A DNA stretch of 64,000 nt from the NCBI GenBank assembly GCA_013216135.1, contig JABSOS010000016.1:6718-70717 (forward strand), written 5' to 3'. A program made the translations under genes and the position numbers. Shown one piece after another: positions 49,234 through 58,091 of this stretch. The notes beneath the pieces were generated by a model. It was given only the letters and a program-made list of their open reading frames with translations. It was not told the DNA's origin and made no database searches. This stretch comes from Candidatus Caenarcanales bacterium (GTDB taxonomy: Bacteria; Cyanobacteriota; Vampirovibrionia; LMEP-6097). Each line of letters begins with the position of its first letter. The stretch's first letter is position 1.

Positions 49234-50853
49234 TTAACGCTGAATTCTAAACTTGAATTTTTTCACAAGTTTAGAGCCACTTGCACTAGAAGCTTCAACC
49301 CTTAAGTTAATAAAACGTTTTTTCGTTAAAAACCTCTTCGGTAAGTTTCGATACCAAACAAGCTCATGGTCATCATTAAAGATAAAATATCTTTTCATTT
49401 TATTTAAGACTCTAAATCTTAAACCTGGAACAGGGCTATCAGTAGTGAAAGTCAAAACTGGCTCAGAGTCTGCAGTAAGAGTGGCAATAGAAATTATAGG
49501 AACAGCACCTTCATAACTAAAATCATTGCCTTCATCAAAATCTAAAAAATCATTTTCGTCATCAGAACTATTGTCATTATCGTTGTTATTTTCATCATTG
49601 CTACTATCATCATTATTGTCTTCACCAGCCTCAAGGCGATCTTCAACAGTAATAGCAAAAGTTCTTTCCAAGTAATCACCATCAGGCTCAGTAGCTCTTA
49701 CCCTAATCGAGTAAGAAGACCTAGTTTCATAATCAAATGACACAGATGCTCTAACAGTACCGATATCAGAAACTTCAAAGAATGCAGTGTCACCACCTAC
49801 TAAAGTGTAATCATAGGAAAACTTACTGTAATCACCACCGACAACATCCAAAAAACCTACTATCCACTTAGAGCTAGTCCAGTTCTCTGGAACTGTGTTG
49901 TCAGACAAAGAAATTTGCCCAGCAGCCGTGTTAGTCCCACCATTATCAGGACTTTCAGGTTCATCAGTATCATCTCTATCTTCAACAACTATAGAAAAAG
50001 TTTGTTCTAAATAGTCACCACCAGGTTCAGTAGCCCTTACCGTAACTGAATATGAGGACTTCGTTTCATAATCAAATGGCACAGATGCTCTTAAAGTACC
50101 GACACTTGAAATTTCAAAAACATCAGTATCTCCAGCGACTAAACTCAGATCATAACTAAATATACTTGCGTAATCACCACCACTAATATCAACAAAACCT
50201 ACTATCCACTTAGAGCTAGTCCAATTTTCAGGTACCCAGTTCGAGGATAAACTTAATCTTCCAGCAGCTGAATTGCTGCCACTGCTTGGAGTCTCAGGCT
50301 CAGTTTCAGGACTCGACTCATTAGGATCATCTAAAACTCTAATATTAAATGTCGATATTAAATAAGTATCATCTGATGCAGTAACTTTAACAGTTAGTGT
50401 ATATGAAGTTTGTTCTTCATAATCTAAAGGTACTTTAACCCTGATAGAGCCTACAGAAGTAATATAAAACTTAGAAGTATCTCCAGATATAATCTCAAAA
50501 TCATGGAATATAGGAAATTCACCGTCTATAGTAATAAAACCTACTATCCATTCAGAACTAGTCCAATTTTCAGGCACCCAGTCAGAACTTAACTCTAAGT
50601 TTCCGGTACCAGTTCCTGTAGTTGCAAAATTAACGATCTGAGCAGATCTAACTGCACCACAAGCAGCTTGATATCTTTGTTGATTTTCCTCTAAAAGACC
50701 TTTTTCGATATCAGCATCATGCTGAGTAATATTAAGCAGCTTTTGCTGCCTTTTAACTGATATTTCCTGATAATTACGGCTAGCAGCCTCAACATCTGTA
50801 ACTAAGAAATTACAGGCTATAAGCGCCAATATTAAGACCAAGCCTCTCAACAT
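49234..50853 (-). CDS. exported protein with three cadherin-like repeats and a poly-acidic tract
   Basis: signal peptide; three ~110-aa repeats '...SSDWVPENWTSS.WIVGF...SGDT..F.I.SVG..R..V.FDYE..SSY...V.AT..'; 'DDSSNDENNNDNDNSSDDEND'. Confidence 0.6.
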   Translation of the reverse strand: MLRGLVLILALIACNFLVTDVEAASRNYQEISVKRQQKLLNITQHDADIEKGLLEENQQRYQAACGAVRSAQIVNFATTGTGTGNLELSSDWVPENWTSSEWIVGFITIDGEFPIFHDFEIISGDTSKFYITSVGSIRVKVPLDYEEQTSYTLTVKVTASDDTYLISTFNIRVLDDPNESSPETEPETPSSGSNSAAGRLSLSSNWVPENWTSSKWIVGFVDISGGDYASIFSYDLSLVAGDTDVFEISSVGTLRASVPFDYETKSSYSVTVRATEPGGDYLEQTFSIVVEDRDDTDEPESPDNGGTNTAAGQISLSDNTVPENWTSSKWIVGFLDVVGGDYSKFSYDYTLVGGDTAFFEVSDIGTVRASVSFDYETRSSYSIRVRATEPDGDYLERTFAITVEDRLEAGEDNNDDSSNDENNNDNDNSSDDENDFLDFDEGNDFSYEGAVPIISIATLTADSEPVLTFTTDSPVPGLRFRVLNKMKRYFIFNDDHELVWYRNLPKRFLTKKRFINLRVEASSASGSKLVKKFKFRIQR

Positions 50854-50954
50854 AATATCCCCTTATCGTAACATACAAAGTGAGTACTCAATTCTGGTTT
50901 ATATGGAAAAGCTAATATGAACTTTTTCTTAGATTCACCTCAAAAACTATCTAA

Positions 50955-51839
50955 TTAATGGTGATCACCGTGTACTAAATGCTCAGCGTGCTGCACAGCA
51001 CCACCAACATAAACACAGGTAAGAATAGTAAATAAGAAAGCTTGAAGCACTCCTACGAACATCTCAAAACCAAGAACTACGATAGGTAAAACCAGCGCAA
51101 CTAAACCTATAAATGTAGCAAGTAAAGTTTCACCAGCAACAGTGTTAGCAAAAAGTCGAAGTGTAAGAGTTAAAGGTCTAATAGCTAAATCCATGATCTC
51201 TATTAAGCACATTAGATTTAAACTGATACCTTTTCCTTTGTTGTAATTGATAGGTAAGAACATTTGAACGTACTTCCAGCCACCAATCATCGCACCAGAG
51301 AAGAAATAAACGACTACTACTAAAATAGCGAGTGCAGCAGGAACATTTATATCAGCACAAGTACTAGCACCATGCCAAATATGAGCAGCGTGACTAGCTA
51401 TAGATTCACCTGCACTGTGTGCAGCATGAGCAGTTTCTGTTACAGCGGCAGTATGAGCATCTACAGCATGTTCAGCGTGAGCTGTAGCTTCATGTCCATG
51501 CTCAGAAGGTAACTTTGGCCACCATGGGAAAAATTCACCCATTTTCCATGGAAGTAAACCAGCGTAGTAATTAACTAAGATAAAAATAAATATTGAACCA
51601 ATTAAAGCGATGTATTTCTCACCACGCTTACCAATCTGTTCACTAGCAAGGCTTCTAAAGAAAGAATATAAACTCTCAGAAATTAACTGTCTAGCACCAT
51701 ATTTTTCAGGGTCATTACTAAGACCAGCACTTAAAAAGATTGCTACAGCTAAGATCACAGCCATAGAACCCCACGCATAATAAAGAGTGTCTATATGAAC
51801 TGATTGACCTAAAATTTCACCTGTTATATGTTGAGTCAT
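50955..51839 (-). CDS. atpB: F-type ATPase a-subunit homolog (stand-alone) with His-rich insertions
   Basis: 'LRLFANTVAGE' (essential Arg region, cf. LRLFGNMYAGE) and 'LQAFLFTILTCVY' (cf. LQAFIFMVLTIVY); about 45-aa His/Ala-rich insert 'HGHEATAHAEHAVDAHTAA...HAAHIWHG' and C-terminal 'HAEHLVHGDHH'. Confidence 0.65.
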   Translation of the reverse strand: MTQHITGEILGQSVHIDTLYYAWGSMAVILAVAIFLSAGLSNDPEKYGARQLISESLYSFFRSLASEQIGKRGEKYIALIGSIFIFILVNYYAGLLPWKMGEFFPWWPKLPSEHGHEATAHAEHAVDAHTAAVTETAHAAHSAGESIASHAAHIWHGASTCADINVPAALAILVVVVYFFSGAMIGGWKYVQMFLPINYNKGKGISLNLMCLIEIMDLAIRPLTLTLRLFANTVAGETLLATFIGLVALVLPIVVLGFEMFVGVLQAFLFTILTCVYVGGAVQHAEHLVHGDHH

Positions 51840-51879
51840 ATCGTTTGAAAATTCCTTTTAAAGAATAAATCTTTAAAAC

Positions 51880-52911
51880 CTAAAATAGGATTATAGCAAC
51901 TAAATAAAGCAAATACAGGAATCCCATAAAAGTTAATGTCGCAGCGTGCACTTTTTTAAAAACTTTTAATGAAAATAGTAAGATTCCAGCAGAAAGTATC
52001 GATAATATTACGCAGAAAATCGTATGAGAGTCTAAATTCCATGGAGTTAAACTAACGCCGACAGCACATGGAATCGCGGATTGGAAAACCATAGCTCCAG
52101 TAATGTTACCTAAAGCTAAACCATCTTTTCCAGAACTTGCCCAAAACCAACTATTCACTTTCTCAGGAAGCTCCGTAGCTATAGGAGCAATAATTAAACT
52201 TAAAATCAGTGGACTGACATTCATTAAATGAGATGCCTTTTCGATCTCTAAAATAAATTCATGAGCAAAAACAATTATTCCAGCGAGTGATAAGAAGACT
52301 TGGAAACACATCCAGAATAAATTTGAGGGTAAGCTATAGCCTGCAACAGAGAAACTTGAGATATAGAGTTTATCGACATCATCTTCAGCGTCTTCAAACT
52401 CAGCATCAGTTCCTTCCTTTAGGGTAGTAATAAAATAAGTCGCATAAATTCCGACTAAAACTATCGCAAAGCCTACTTTAACTTGTACCTGATGGAATAA
52501 AGTCGCTGAAACAGCTACAAATAAAGCGATTAAAAAGTAAGTTAAATCTTTAGTGATGTGTTTATGACAGACTTTCAAATCTAAATTTTGACGTTTCTTA
52601 TAACTAACTAAAACTGCTAAACCTAAAAGGAACATCGCTAAAGTCGAAAGTAAAAAAGGCGCACCAATAATAGAACCTATAGCAATCTCAGTTTTAGGAT
52701 CACCGTGAGCATGAGTTCCTGCAAGGAAAATAGCGATAATCGGCAAAAGCGTCTCAGGCAAAGCAGTTCCTATAGCTGCAAGCAAGCTACCTACAACCTG
52801 CTCCCCTAATTTCAGTCTAACCCCTACATTCTCAACTGCGTTCGTAAACCATAAACAAACGATTAAAATCGCAGCTAATAAAAGTAAAATCTTACCGAAA
52901 ACTAGAAACAT
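51880..52911 (-). CDS. Ca2+/cation antiporter, CaCA (YrbG-like) family
   Basis: two alpha-repeat motifs 'GTALPE' and 'ATELPE'; 10 TM. Confidence 0.65.
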   Translation of the reverse strand: MFLVFGKILLLLAAILIVCLWFTNAVENVGVRLKLGEQVVGSLLAAIGTALPETLLPIIAIFLAGTHAHGDPKTEIAIGSIIGAPFLLSTLAMFLLGLAVLVSYKKRQNLDLKVCHKHITKDLTYFLIALFVAVSATLFHQVQVKVGFAIVLVGIYATYFITTLKEGTDAEFEDAEDDVDKLYISSFSVAGYSLPSNLFWMCFQVFLSLAGIIVFAHEFILEIEKASHLMNVSPLILSLIIAPIATELPEKVNSWFWASSGKDGLALGNITGAMVFQSAIPCAVGVSLTPWNLDSHTIFCVILSILSAGILLFSLKVFKKVHAATLTFMGFLYLLYLVAIILF

Positions 52912-52980
52912 ATAAAACTCTAAGTATATTCTACCCTAGTGCTTGTTTTATTTCTAAATTTCTGCGTTATGCTTCTGCTA

Positions 52981-53715
52981 TTAAGCCTTAGCTGCTGCTT
53001 CTGTAATTTCTTCTTGAACAAGCTCTTCAAAGCATTCAATTGCTACTGGGAACTTAGTTTTCACAAGCTCAATAGAAGCTTTAGCATACTGCTGAATTTC
53101 CCACTGAGCATCTTTAGGTGCTCTAAGGTTATACCAGTGCATATAATTACGTAAGTTAACAGTAGTAATAAATTCAGTATGAGAACCCACAGGAAGTACA
53201 CCACGAGCCTGCTCACGGCAAACGCCTAAATCAAGTAATTTATTATAAGCGTCTAAAGAAACCTTCCATGAATTTTCATAAATCTTAGTAGCTTCTGCTT
53301 GATTTAATTCTTCAGTAGCTTCAACACTTGCTTGTTTATTTTTCTCAGCCTGCTCTCTGAACGCCTCCGGAGTATAAATAGTGTTATCGAAAACAGTGTA
53401 TCTAGCACTAATTTCGTTAAAAACCCAGCATCTATGCTTCATCCACTGACGAGCGATATAAATAGGACACTTCACTCTAAACTTAATGGAGTTCTGTTCA
53501 AATGGAGTCCAGTGCTTATGCTTAGCTAAAAACTTAACTAGCTTTTTATCTCTAGCCTCAAACTCATCTGAAGTTTTATTATAAGAAACCCTAGCTGCAT
53601 TTACGATACTAAGATCATCACCCATAGTATCTAATAATTCAATATATCCTAATGGACCTAAATCAGCCTTAAGATCTTCAATCTTAGCTGTGGATTTCTC
53701 TAAAAGTTCTGTCAT
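52981..53715 (-). CDS. thyX: flavin-dependent thymidylate synthase ThyX
   Basis: ThyX motif 'KHRCWVFNEISARY' ([RK]HRX7S); 244 aa. Confidence 0.85.
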   Translation of the reverse strand: MTELLEKSTAKIEDLKADLGPLGYIELLDTMGDDLSIVNAARVSYNKTSDEFEARDKKLVKFLAKHKHWTPFEQNSIKFRVKCPIYIARQWMKHRCWVFNEISARYTVFDNTIYTPEAFREQAEKNKQASVEATEELNQAEATKIYENSWKVSLDAYNKLLDLGVCREQARGVLPVGSHTEFITTVNLRNYMHWYNLRAPKDAQWEIQQYAKASIELVKTKFPVAIECFEELVQEEITEAAAKA

Positions 53716-53832
53716 ACTACTTTATTTTACAATAGGCGGAGTCTTGTATTCTGTAAAATTTAAAATTGCAGTGATTACCGTAATTTTCTTAAAACATAAA
53801 TATTTCATATTAAATTTATTTCTGATTATGTC

Positions 53833-54058
53833 GGTTAAAAATGAGCTACCTGCACACGTGAAAATCTTTAGTTCAGTTATGACTTTACTTGGAGTTGCAT
53901 TAATTAGCCCGTTAGGGTTATTGATACAAAGATGGTTAGAGAGTAAAAATCAATGGCTTTTTAGTAGTTTGCTTGCTTTCTCTGGATTAGGATTTATCCT
54001 CTTAAACATAATCCATGCTAGATGGTATATTGAAGAAAGGAAAAAGAAAAATGTCTGA
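53833..54058 (+). CDS. small membrane protein (start uncertain; ORF opens at 53690)
   Basis: two predicted TM helices; the upstream part overlaps the thyX start, so the internal Met is favoured. Confidence 0.3.
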
Positions 54059-54155
54059 AGACTTTTACGCTTACACTGGAATTGCTATGTTTATCATTTT
54101 CCCATTACTTGGCTTTGTAGCTATGTACTATGCTGATAGAGATAAGAAATTTTAA
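54051..54155 (+). CDS. 34-aa single-TM peptide (MSEDFYAYTGIAMFIIFPLLGFVAMYYADRDKKF)
   Basis: SD 'GAAAGGAAAAAG' upstream; overlaps the stop of the preceding ORF. Confidence 0.3.
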   Translation: MSEDFYAYTGIAMFIIFPLLGFVAMYYADRDKKF

Positions 54156-54193
54156 TTTTCACTGAAAAGTCATTCACAGGATATTCATTAAGA

Positions 54194-54730
54194 TCACCGA
54201 ATCAAGCCCAAAATATCTCTAAAAATCTCTGGTTCTTCTTTTATATGACCAGTATAGAAAATAAAAACCTTAGATAATGGAACCGACTTATATTCACCTT
54301 TAGAGTTAGCTAAAACAGGAGTCTCTTCCTGAATACAGTAAACCTTCACAACATCTCCACGGTCTTTAAAATTTTCCTTCCATGGAAACCTATTTTTGTA
54401 CTTCAATTCCTTAAGCTTACGTGCAATAATCTTAGCCTTAGCAAATTTCAGGGGTGCAATTCTTTCAAGTTTAGAATCAAAATTACTGAACTCAGAGTTA
54501 TGAACTCCTGGGTCATGGAGAACCGTGGTATTAACGATAGGTTCATCAAAAAATCTATACTCAGTAATTCTATCTTTAAAAAATTCCCGATACTCGACTT
54601 TAAAAAGCATCTTTGCTGTTAAAGTCTCATCAGCAAGTTCCTTTAAGGTCTTATTTGCAAGCTCCTCAGAACAAGAACTTGTAAGCAAAAGCCCCATAAA
54701 AATAAATAGACTAATAAAAAAACGCTGCAT
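54194..54730 (-). CDS. hypothetical lipoprotein
   Basis: 'MQRFFISLFIFMGLLLTSSC' signal/lipobox. Confidence 0.5.
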   Translation of the reverse strand: MQRFFISLFIFMGLLLTSSCSEELANKTLKELADETLTAKMLFKVEYREFFKDRITEYRFFDEPIVNTTVLHDPGVHNSEFSNFDSKLERIAPLKFAKAKIIARKLKELKYKNRFPWKENFKDRGDVVKVYCIQEETPVLANSKGEYKSVPLSKVFIFYTGHIKEEPEIFRDILGLIR

Positions 54731-54797
54731 TTATATATCTTCCCATAATTATTAAGAGTAAGACATTAAATAGTCTTGAAATTGGAATAATATAATC

Positions 54798-55988
54798 ATG
54801 CAAGAAATATCAGCTGACTCACCAAATAATAAGTCAAGCTTAACAGCAAGTGATAAAAATAAATTAACTCAAAATACCCTTGAGTCAAAATCTAATTCCC
54901 TTGGTACAAATAATCGAGTAAATAATATCAGTCTGAATGAAGCTAATCAAACCTTTAGTTTTGAAGTTCAAGTTCCTGGAAGCAAAGGTGGTGGAATTCT
55001 AAAGTATCAATTCCCAATCTCAGAAAATGCTAACTTAAAAGTACTTTATTATGAAAACATTCTCAATAATTTATCAAATTCTGTTGAAGTGGAGTACAGA
55101 ACAAAAAATATAAGCCAAAAAGGAACATTTCCCCTACAAGAACTAAGTAACCATCAAACTATAGTATCTTTAACAAAAACAGCTTTGGCAAATGCAATCT
55201 TGGAGAAAGGAAGAACAAAGAACAATGATTCACTTGATTCAAAATCATTGGTTAATAACTCAATACCAATTTTCGTCAACTATGTCGACAGCACAGAAGA
55301 TTTAGTTGAAACAACTCGCCTTGCAGCTAATGAAACACTTGTATCTATACTCAAAGATCAATCTGAACAATTAATTCAAGCAGAAGGTTTCACCGATATC
55401 ATTTACCAATTAATAGATAGAGCAGAAGCTGATAAAGATTTAAGTATCGAGCTTGGTACTTTACTTGAAAGTGGGACAGAGTTAGCCCCTGGAGTAGTTA
55501 TTAGAGAAGATATAAAACTAGTATTAAATAATGATAGAAAAAATACCAATGAAATTTCTTTTTCAACTAATAACATTATGATAAATATGGACTCATATGA
55601 TACTTCGCTTGTTTACCCTGCAGTTGATTTTAAAGTGAGCTTCGAACCTCCCCTGAGTAAAAAAATTGGAGGATTAATTAAAAGAGATCTATTTTCACTC
55701 TTAGGAAAGAATAATCAAGTATTTATAGATCTAATTAACGATGCTGAAATACCAGAAAGGGGAGCTGATCTTAATAACTTAACGAGAGATCTACAAGGCG
55801 ACATCCCATCAATAAAGAATCAAGTGATTGATCCTGATACTCTTATAATTGGACTTAAAAGAGCTACTGTCTCTGTAGATAAAGAACAAACTAGACTTTT
55901 AAAAGTTAATTACTATTTAGATGTTCTCCATAAAGGAGAAGAAAAAAAAGTTAAGTTAAGTTTCAACATACCTGCTGGAGCTAAATAA
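54798..55988 (+). CDS. hypothetical protein
   Basis: 396 aa ORF, N/S-rich N-terminus. Confidence 0.45.
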   Translation: MQEISADSPNNKSSLTASDKNKLTQNTLESKSNSLGTNNRVNNISLNEANQTFSFEVQVPGSKGGGILKYQFPISENANLKVLYYENILNNLSNSVEVEYRTKNISQKGTFPLQELSNHQTIVSLTKTALANAILEKGRTKNNDSLDSKSLVNNSIPIFVNYVDSTEDLVETTRLAANETLVSILKDQSEQLIQAEGFTDIIYQLIDRAEADKDLSIELGTLLESGTELAPGVVIREDIKLVLNNDRKNTNEISFSTNNIMINMDSYDTSLVYPAVDFKVSFEPPLSKKIGGLIKRDLFSLLGKNNQVFIDLINDAEIPERGADLNNLTRDLQGDIPSIKNQVIDPDTLIIGLKRATVSVDKEQTRLLKVNYYLDVLHKGEEKKVKLSFNIPAGAK

Positions 55989-55998
55989 ACTTTAGCCT

Positions 55999-56769
55999 TT
56001 ATATTATAGATTTAAGATTCTCAATATAGTCATAGTGAGTCATATCAAAAGTAACTGGTGTAATTGAAACTTTATTATTCATAACAGCGTAGCCATCAGT
56101 TCCTGGTACTTCTTTATCTTCAACTGGATCTCCTGCTAACCAGTAATAACTTCTACCACGAGGATCGACTCGTTCTTCAAAATTCTCTTTATAAGCCCTA
56201 TGACCTAAAACAGTCACCTCATCAGCAACATACTCTTCCCTAGAGACAGGCGGAAAGTTAATATTCAAGAAAGTGTTCTTAGGTAAATTTCTAAAATGTT
56301 CTTCTTTTTTAATAAAGTCTCTAACCCACTCTGCTGCTGGAGTGAATTCTTTAGAACTATAACTATAAAGGCTGGTAGCTATTGATGGATAACCCATTAG
56401 CATCGCTTCCATAGCAGCAGATACAGTACCGGAGTATAAAACATCAATCCCTAAGTTAGGACCGTGATTTATACCTGATAGTACTAGATCAAATTTAATA
56501 TCTTTAAAAACTTGCCTAAGCGCAATTTTCACACAGTCAGCTGGTGTACCTGAAGTCACACAACCATCTGTGATATTTTCAATCCATGGAACTCTTTTCG
56601 TAAGAGGACTTACCATCAATGGTTTATTTAAGCTCATAGAATGACCAGTGGCACTTCGTTCTCGATCAGGAGCACAAATATAAACTTCATGTTCTTTTCC
56701 GATTACGGATGCTAAAGTTCTTATACCTTCAGCAAAAATACTATCGTCATTTGCTATTAAAATCTTCAC
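55999..56769 (-). CDS. surE: 5'/3'-nucleotidase SurE
   Basis: 'MKILIANDDSIFAEGIRTL', 'GINHGPNLG'. Confidence 0.85.
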   Translation of the reverse strand: MKILIANDDSIFAEGIRTLASVIGKEHEVYICAPDRERSATGHSMSLNKPLMVSPLTKRVPWIENITDGCVTSGTPADCVKIALRQVFKDIKFDLVLSGINHGPNLGIDVLYSGTVSAAMEAMLMGYPSIATSLYSYSSKEFTPAAEWVRDFIKKEEHFRNLPKNTFLNINFPPVSREEYVADEVTVLGHRAYKENFEERVDPRGRSYYWLAGDPVEDKEVPGTDGYAVMNNKVSITPVTFDMTHYDYIENLKSII

Positions 56770-56800
56770 TTATAATATATTATACCCTGGATAAAAGTAA

Positions 56801-57136
56801 TTAAGCAGTATTATCAGATCTTGAATCTGCAGCCCTTCTATGTGGGTTAGAATTATCAGCTCTTATGTAAGCTTCTGTATTTGCTCTTGCTGTTTCCCAT
56901 GCTCTAATCTTTTCTAAATTAATCACAGCATCCATACCATAAGTAGGGTCTCCAAGCTCTAACTGCTTCATATATATATCTTCAAGCATATCAGATGCAT
57001 CTTGGACTGCATGAACACTTGAACCGAACTGAAAAGCGTGATTTGCACCCGAATTACGAATAGGTTGGACTAAATTTGCACCAACATCATAGCCTTCTAT
57101 ATTAATTCCTTTTGGTATTCCACCTGGACCAGACAT
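56801..57136 (-). CDS. small hypothetical protein (111 aa)
   Basis: part of four tightly spaced small genes upstream of surE. Confidence 0.4.
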   Translation of the reverse strand: MSGPGGIPKGINIEGYDVGANLVQPIRNSGANHAFQFGSSVHAVQDASDMLEDIYMKQLELGDPTYGMDAVINLEKIRAWETARANTEAYIRADNSNPHRRAADSRSDNTA

Positions 57137-57201
57137 AATAAATTCTCCTTGTTTATAGTTACTTAACAGAAATGTGTTAACAATAGGTTAACTAATTATA
57201 A

Positions 57202-57495
57202 CTATTGAGTTTTTGCATAATCATTCTCGATATTTACTGGTAACTCTTTACCATCTTCTGTAACCATTCTTGCTCCAGAAACAAAACCAATCCAATTAGC
57301 AGTATTTGTTGCCAATAAAGTGGCAATTGTCATAGATTTATTCGCTTCCATTGATTCGCGTGTAACAATACCGGTATCACCCGTTTCTAAAGATTTCATA
57401 GCTGCTTGCTCTGATTGATTGGCAGCCCTTTCATAGGCATAAGTACCTATATGCCTTTTACCGATATCACTTCCACCTATTGCTCCGTATCCCAT
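57202..57495 (-). CDS. small hypothetical protein (97 aa)
   Basis: as above. Confidence 0.4.
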   Translation of the reverse strand: MGYGAIGGSDIGKRHIGTYAYERAANQSEQAAMKSLETGDTGIVTRESMEANKSMTIATLLATNTANWIGFVSGARMVTEDGKELPVNIENDYAKTQ

Positions 57496-57515
57496 ATTTA
57501 TCTCCTTAATTTTAA

Positions 57516-57746
57516 TTATGCGTTAGGGTCAAGCATCCTGTTATAAACACCATTATCGGGACCAGAAATTATATGTTGCCAGTATTTAGAATCATCTGCT
57601 GCTGCTGTTTCAACGATAACATTTGCTTTAGCTAAATTTGTTGAAGCTCTAGTCAAAGCACCAAAATCATCATCTTTATGAGCCTGCACCTGGGCATATT
57701 GATTCTGTTCTTTTATGTGATTGTAATATGGTAATAGTTTTGTCAT
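57516..57746 (-). CDS. small hypothetical protein (76 aa)
   Basis: as above. Confidence 0.4.
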   Translation of the reverse strand: MTKLLPYYNHIKEQNQYAQVQAHKDDDFGALTRASTNLAKANVIVETAAADDSKYWQHIISGPDNGVYNRMLDPNA

Positions 57747-57772
57747 TAATCATTCTCCCTTTGAACTAAAAC

Positions 57773-58000
57773 CTAGACTTGTAAATTTGCGTAACCCCTT
57801 CTCATATTGAGGTAAGTCTGAGCCACCTTAGCTTTATCCGCGATAATAGTTTCAAACTTATTAAGCTCTTTGTTTAAAGTTTGAGAAGCTTGAGCTACTA
57901 TCTCTGGCGCTTGGTTCTCATCTGCTTGAACAAATTCATCATAATCCAGATTTACTTGCTGTATACCTTGGTTTACGAAATCTTCTGTTGATTGTGTCAT
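57773..58000 (-). CDS. small helical protein (75 aa), paralog of the N-terminus of the 60968 protein
   Basis: 'NQGIQQVNLDYDEFVQ' vs 'ANQQLKLDYEEFTN'. Confidence 0.45.
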   Translation of the reverse strand: MTQSTEDFVNQGIQQVNLDYDEFVQADENQAPEIVAQASQTLNKELNKFETIIADKAKVAQTYLNMRRGYANLQV

Positions 58001-58091
58001 TTTTGGTTTGTCCTCCTGCTAATAAAAAGATTAATGGTAATAATTTTTGATATATATTTTTTTTACCTTCATCTATAAATTTTTCTAACAT

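Noticed and set aside
50955-51839. Reading the His-rich a-subunit homolog as a Ni/Zn metal transporter or HupE/UreJ-type protein
   Set aside because: The conserved LRLFxNxxAGE and C-terminal helix motifs match F-ATPase subunit a specifically. The His-rich segment is an insertion, not the core.
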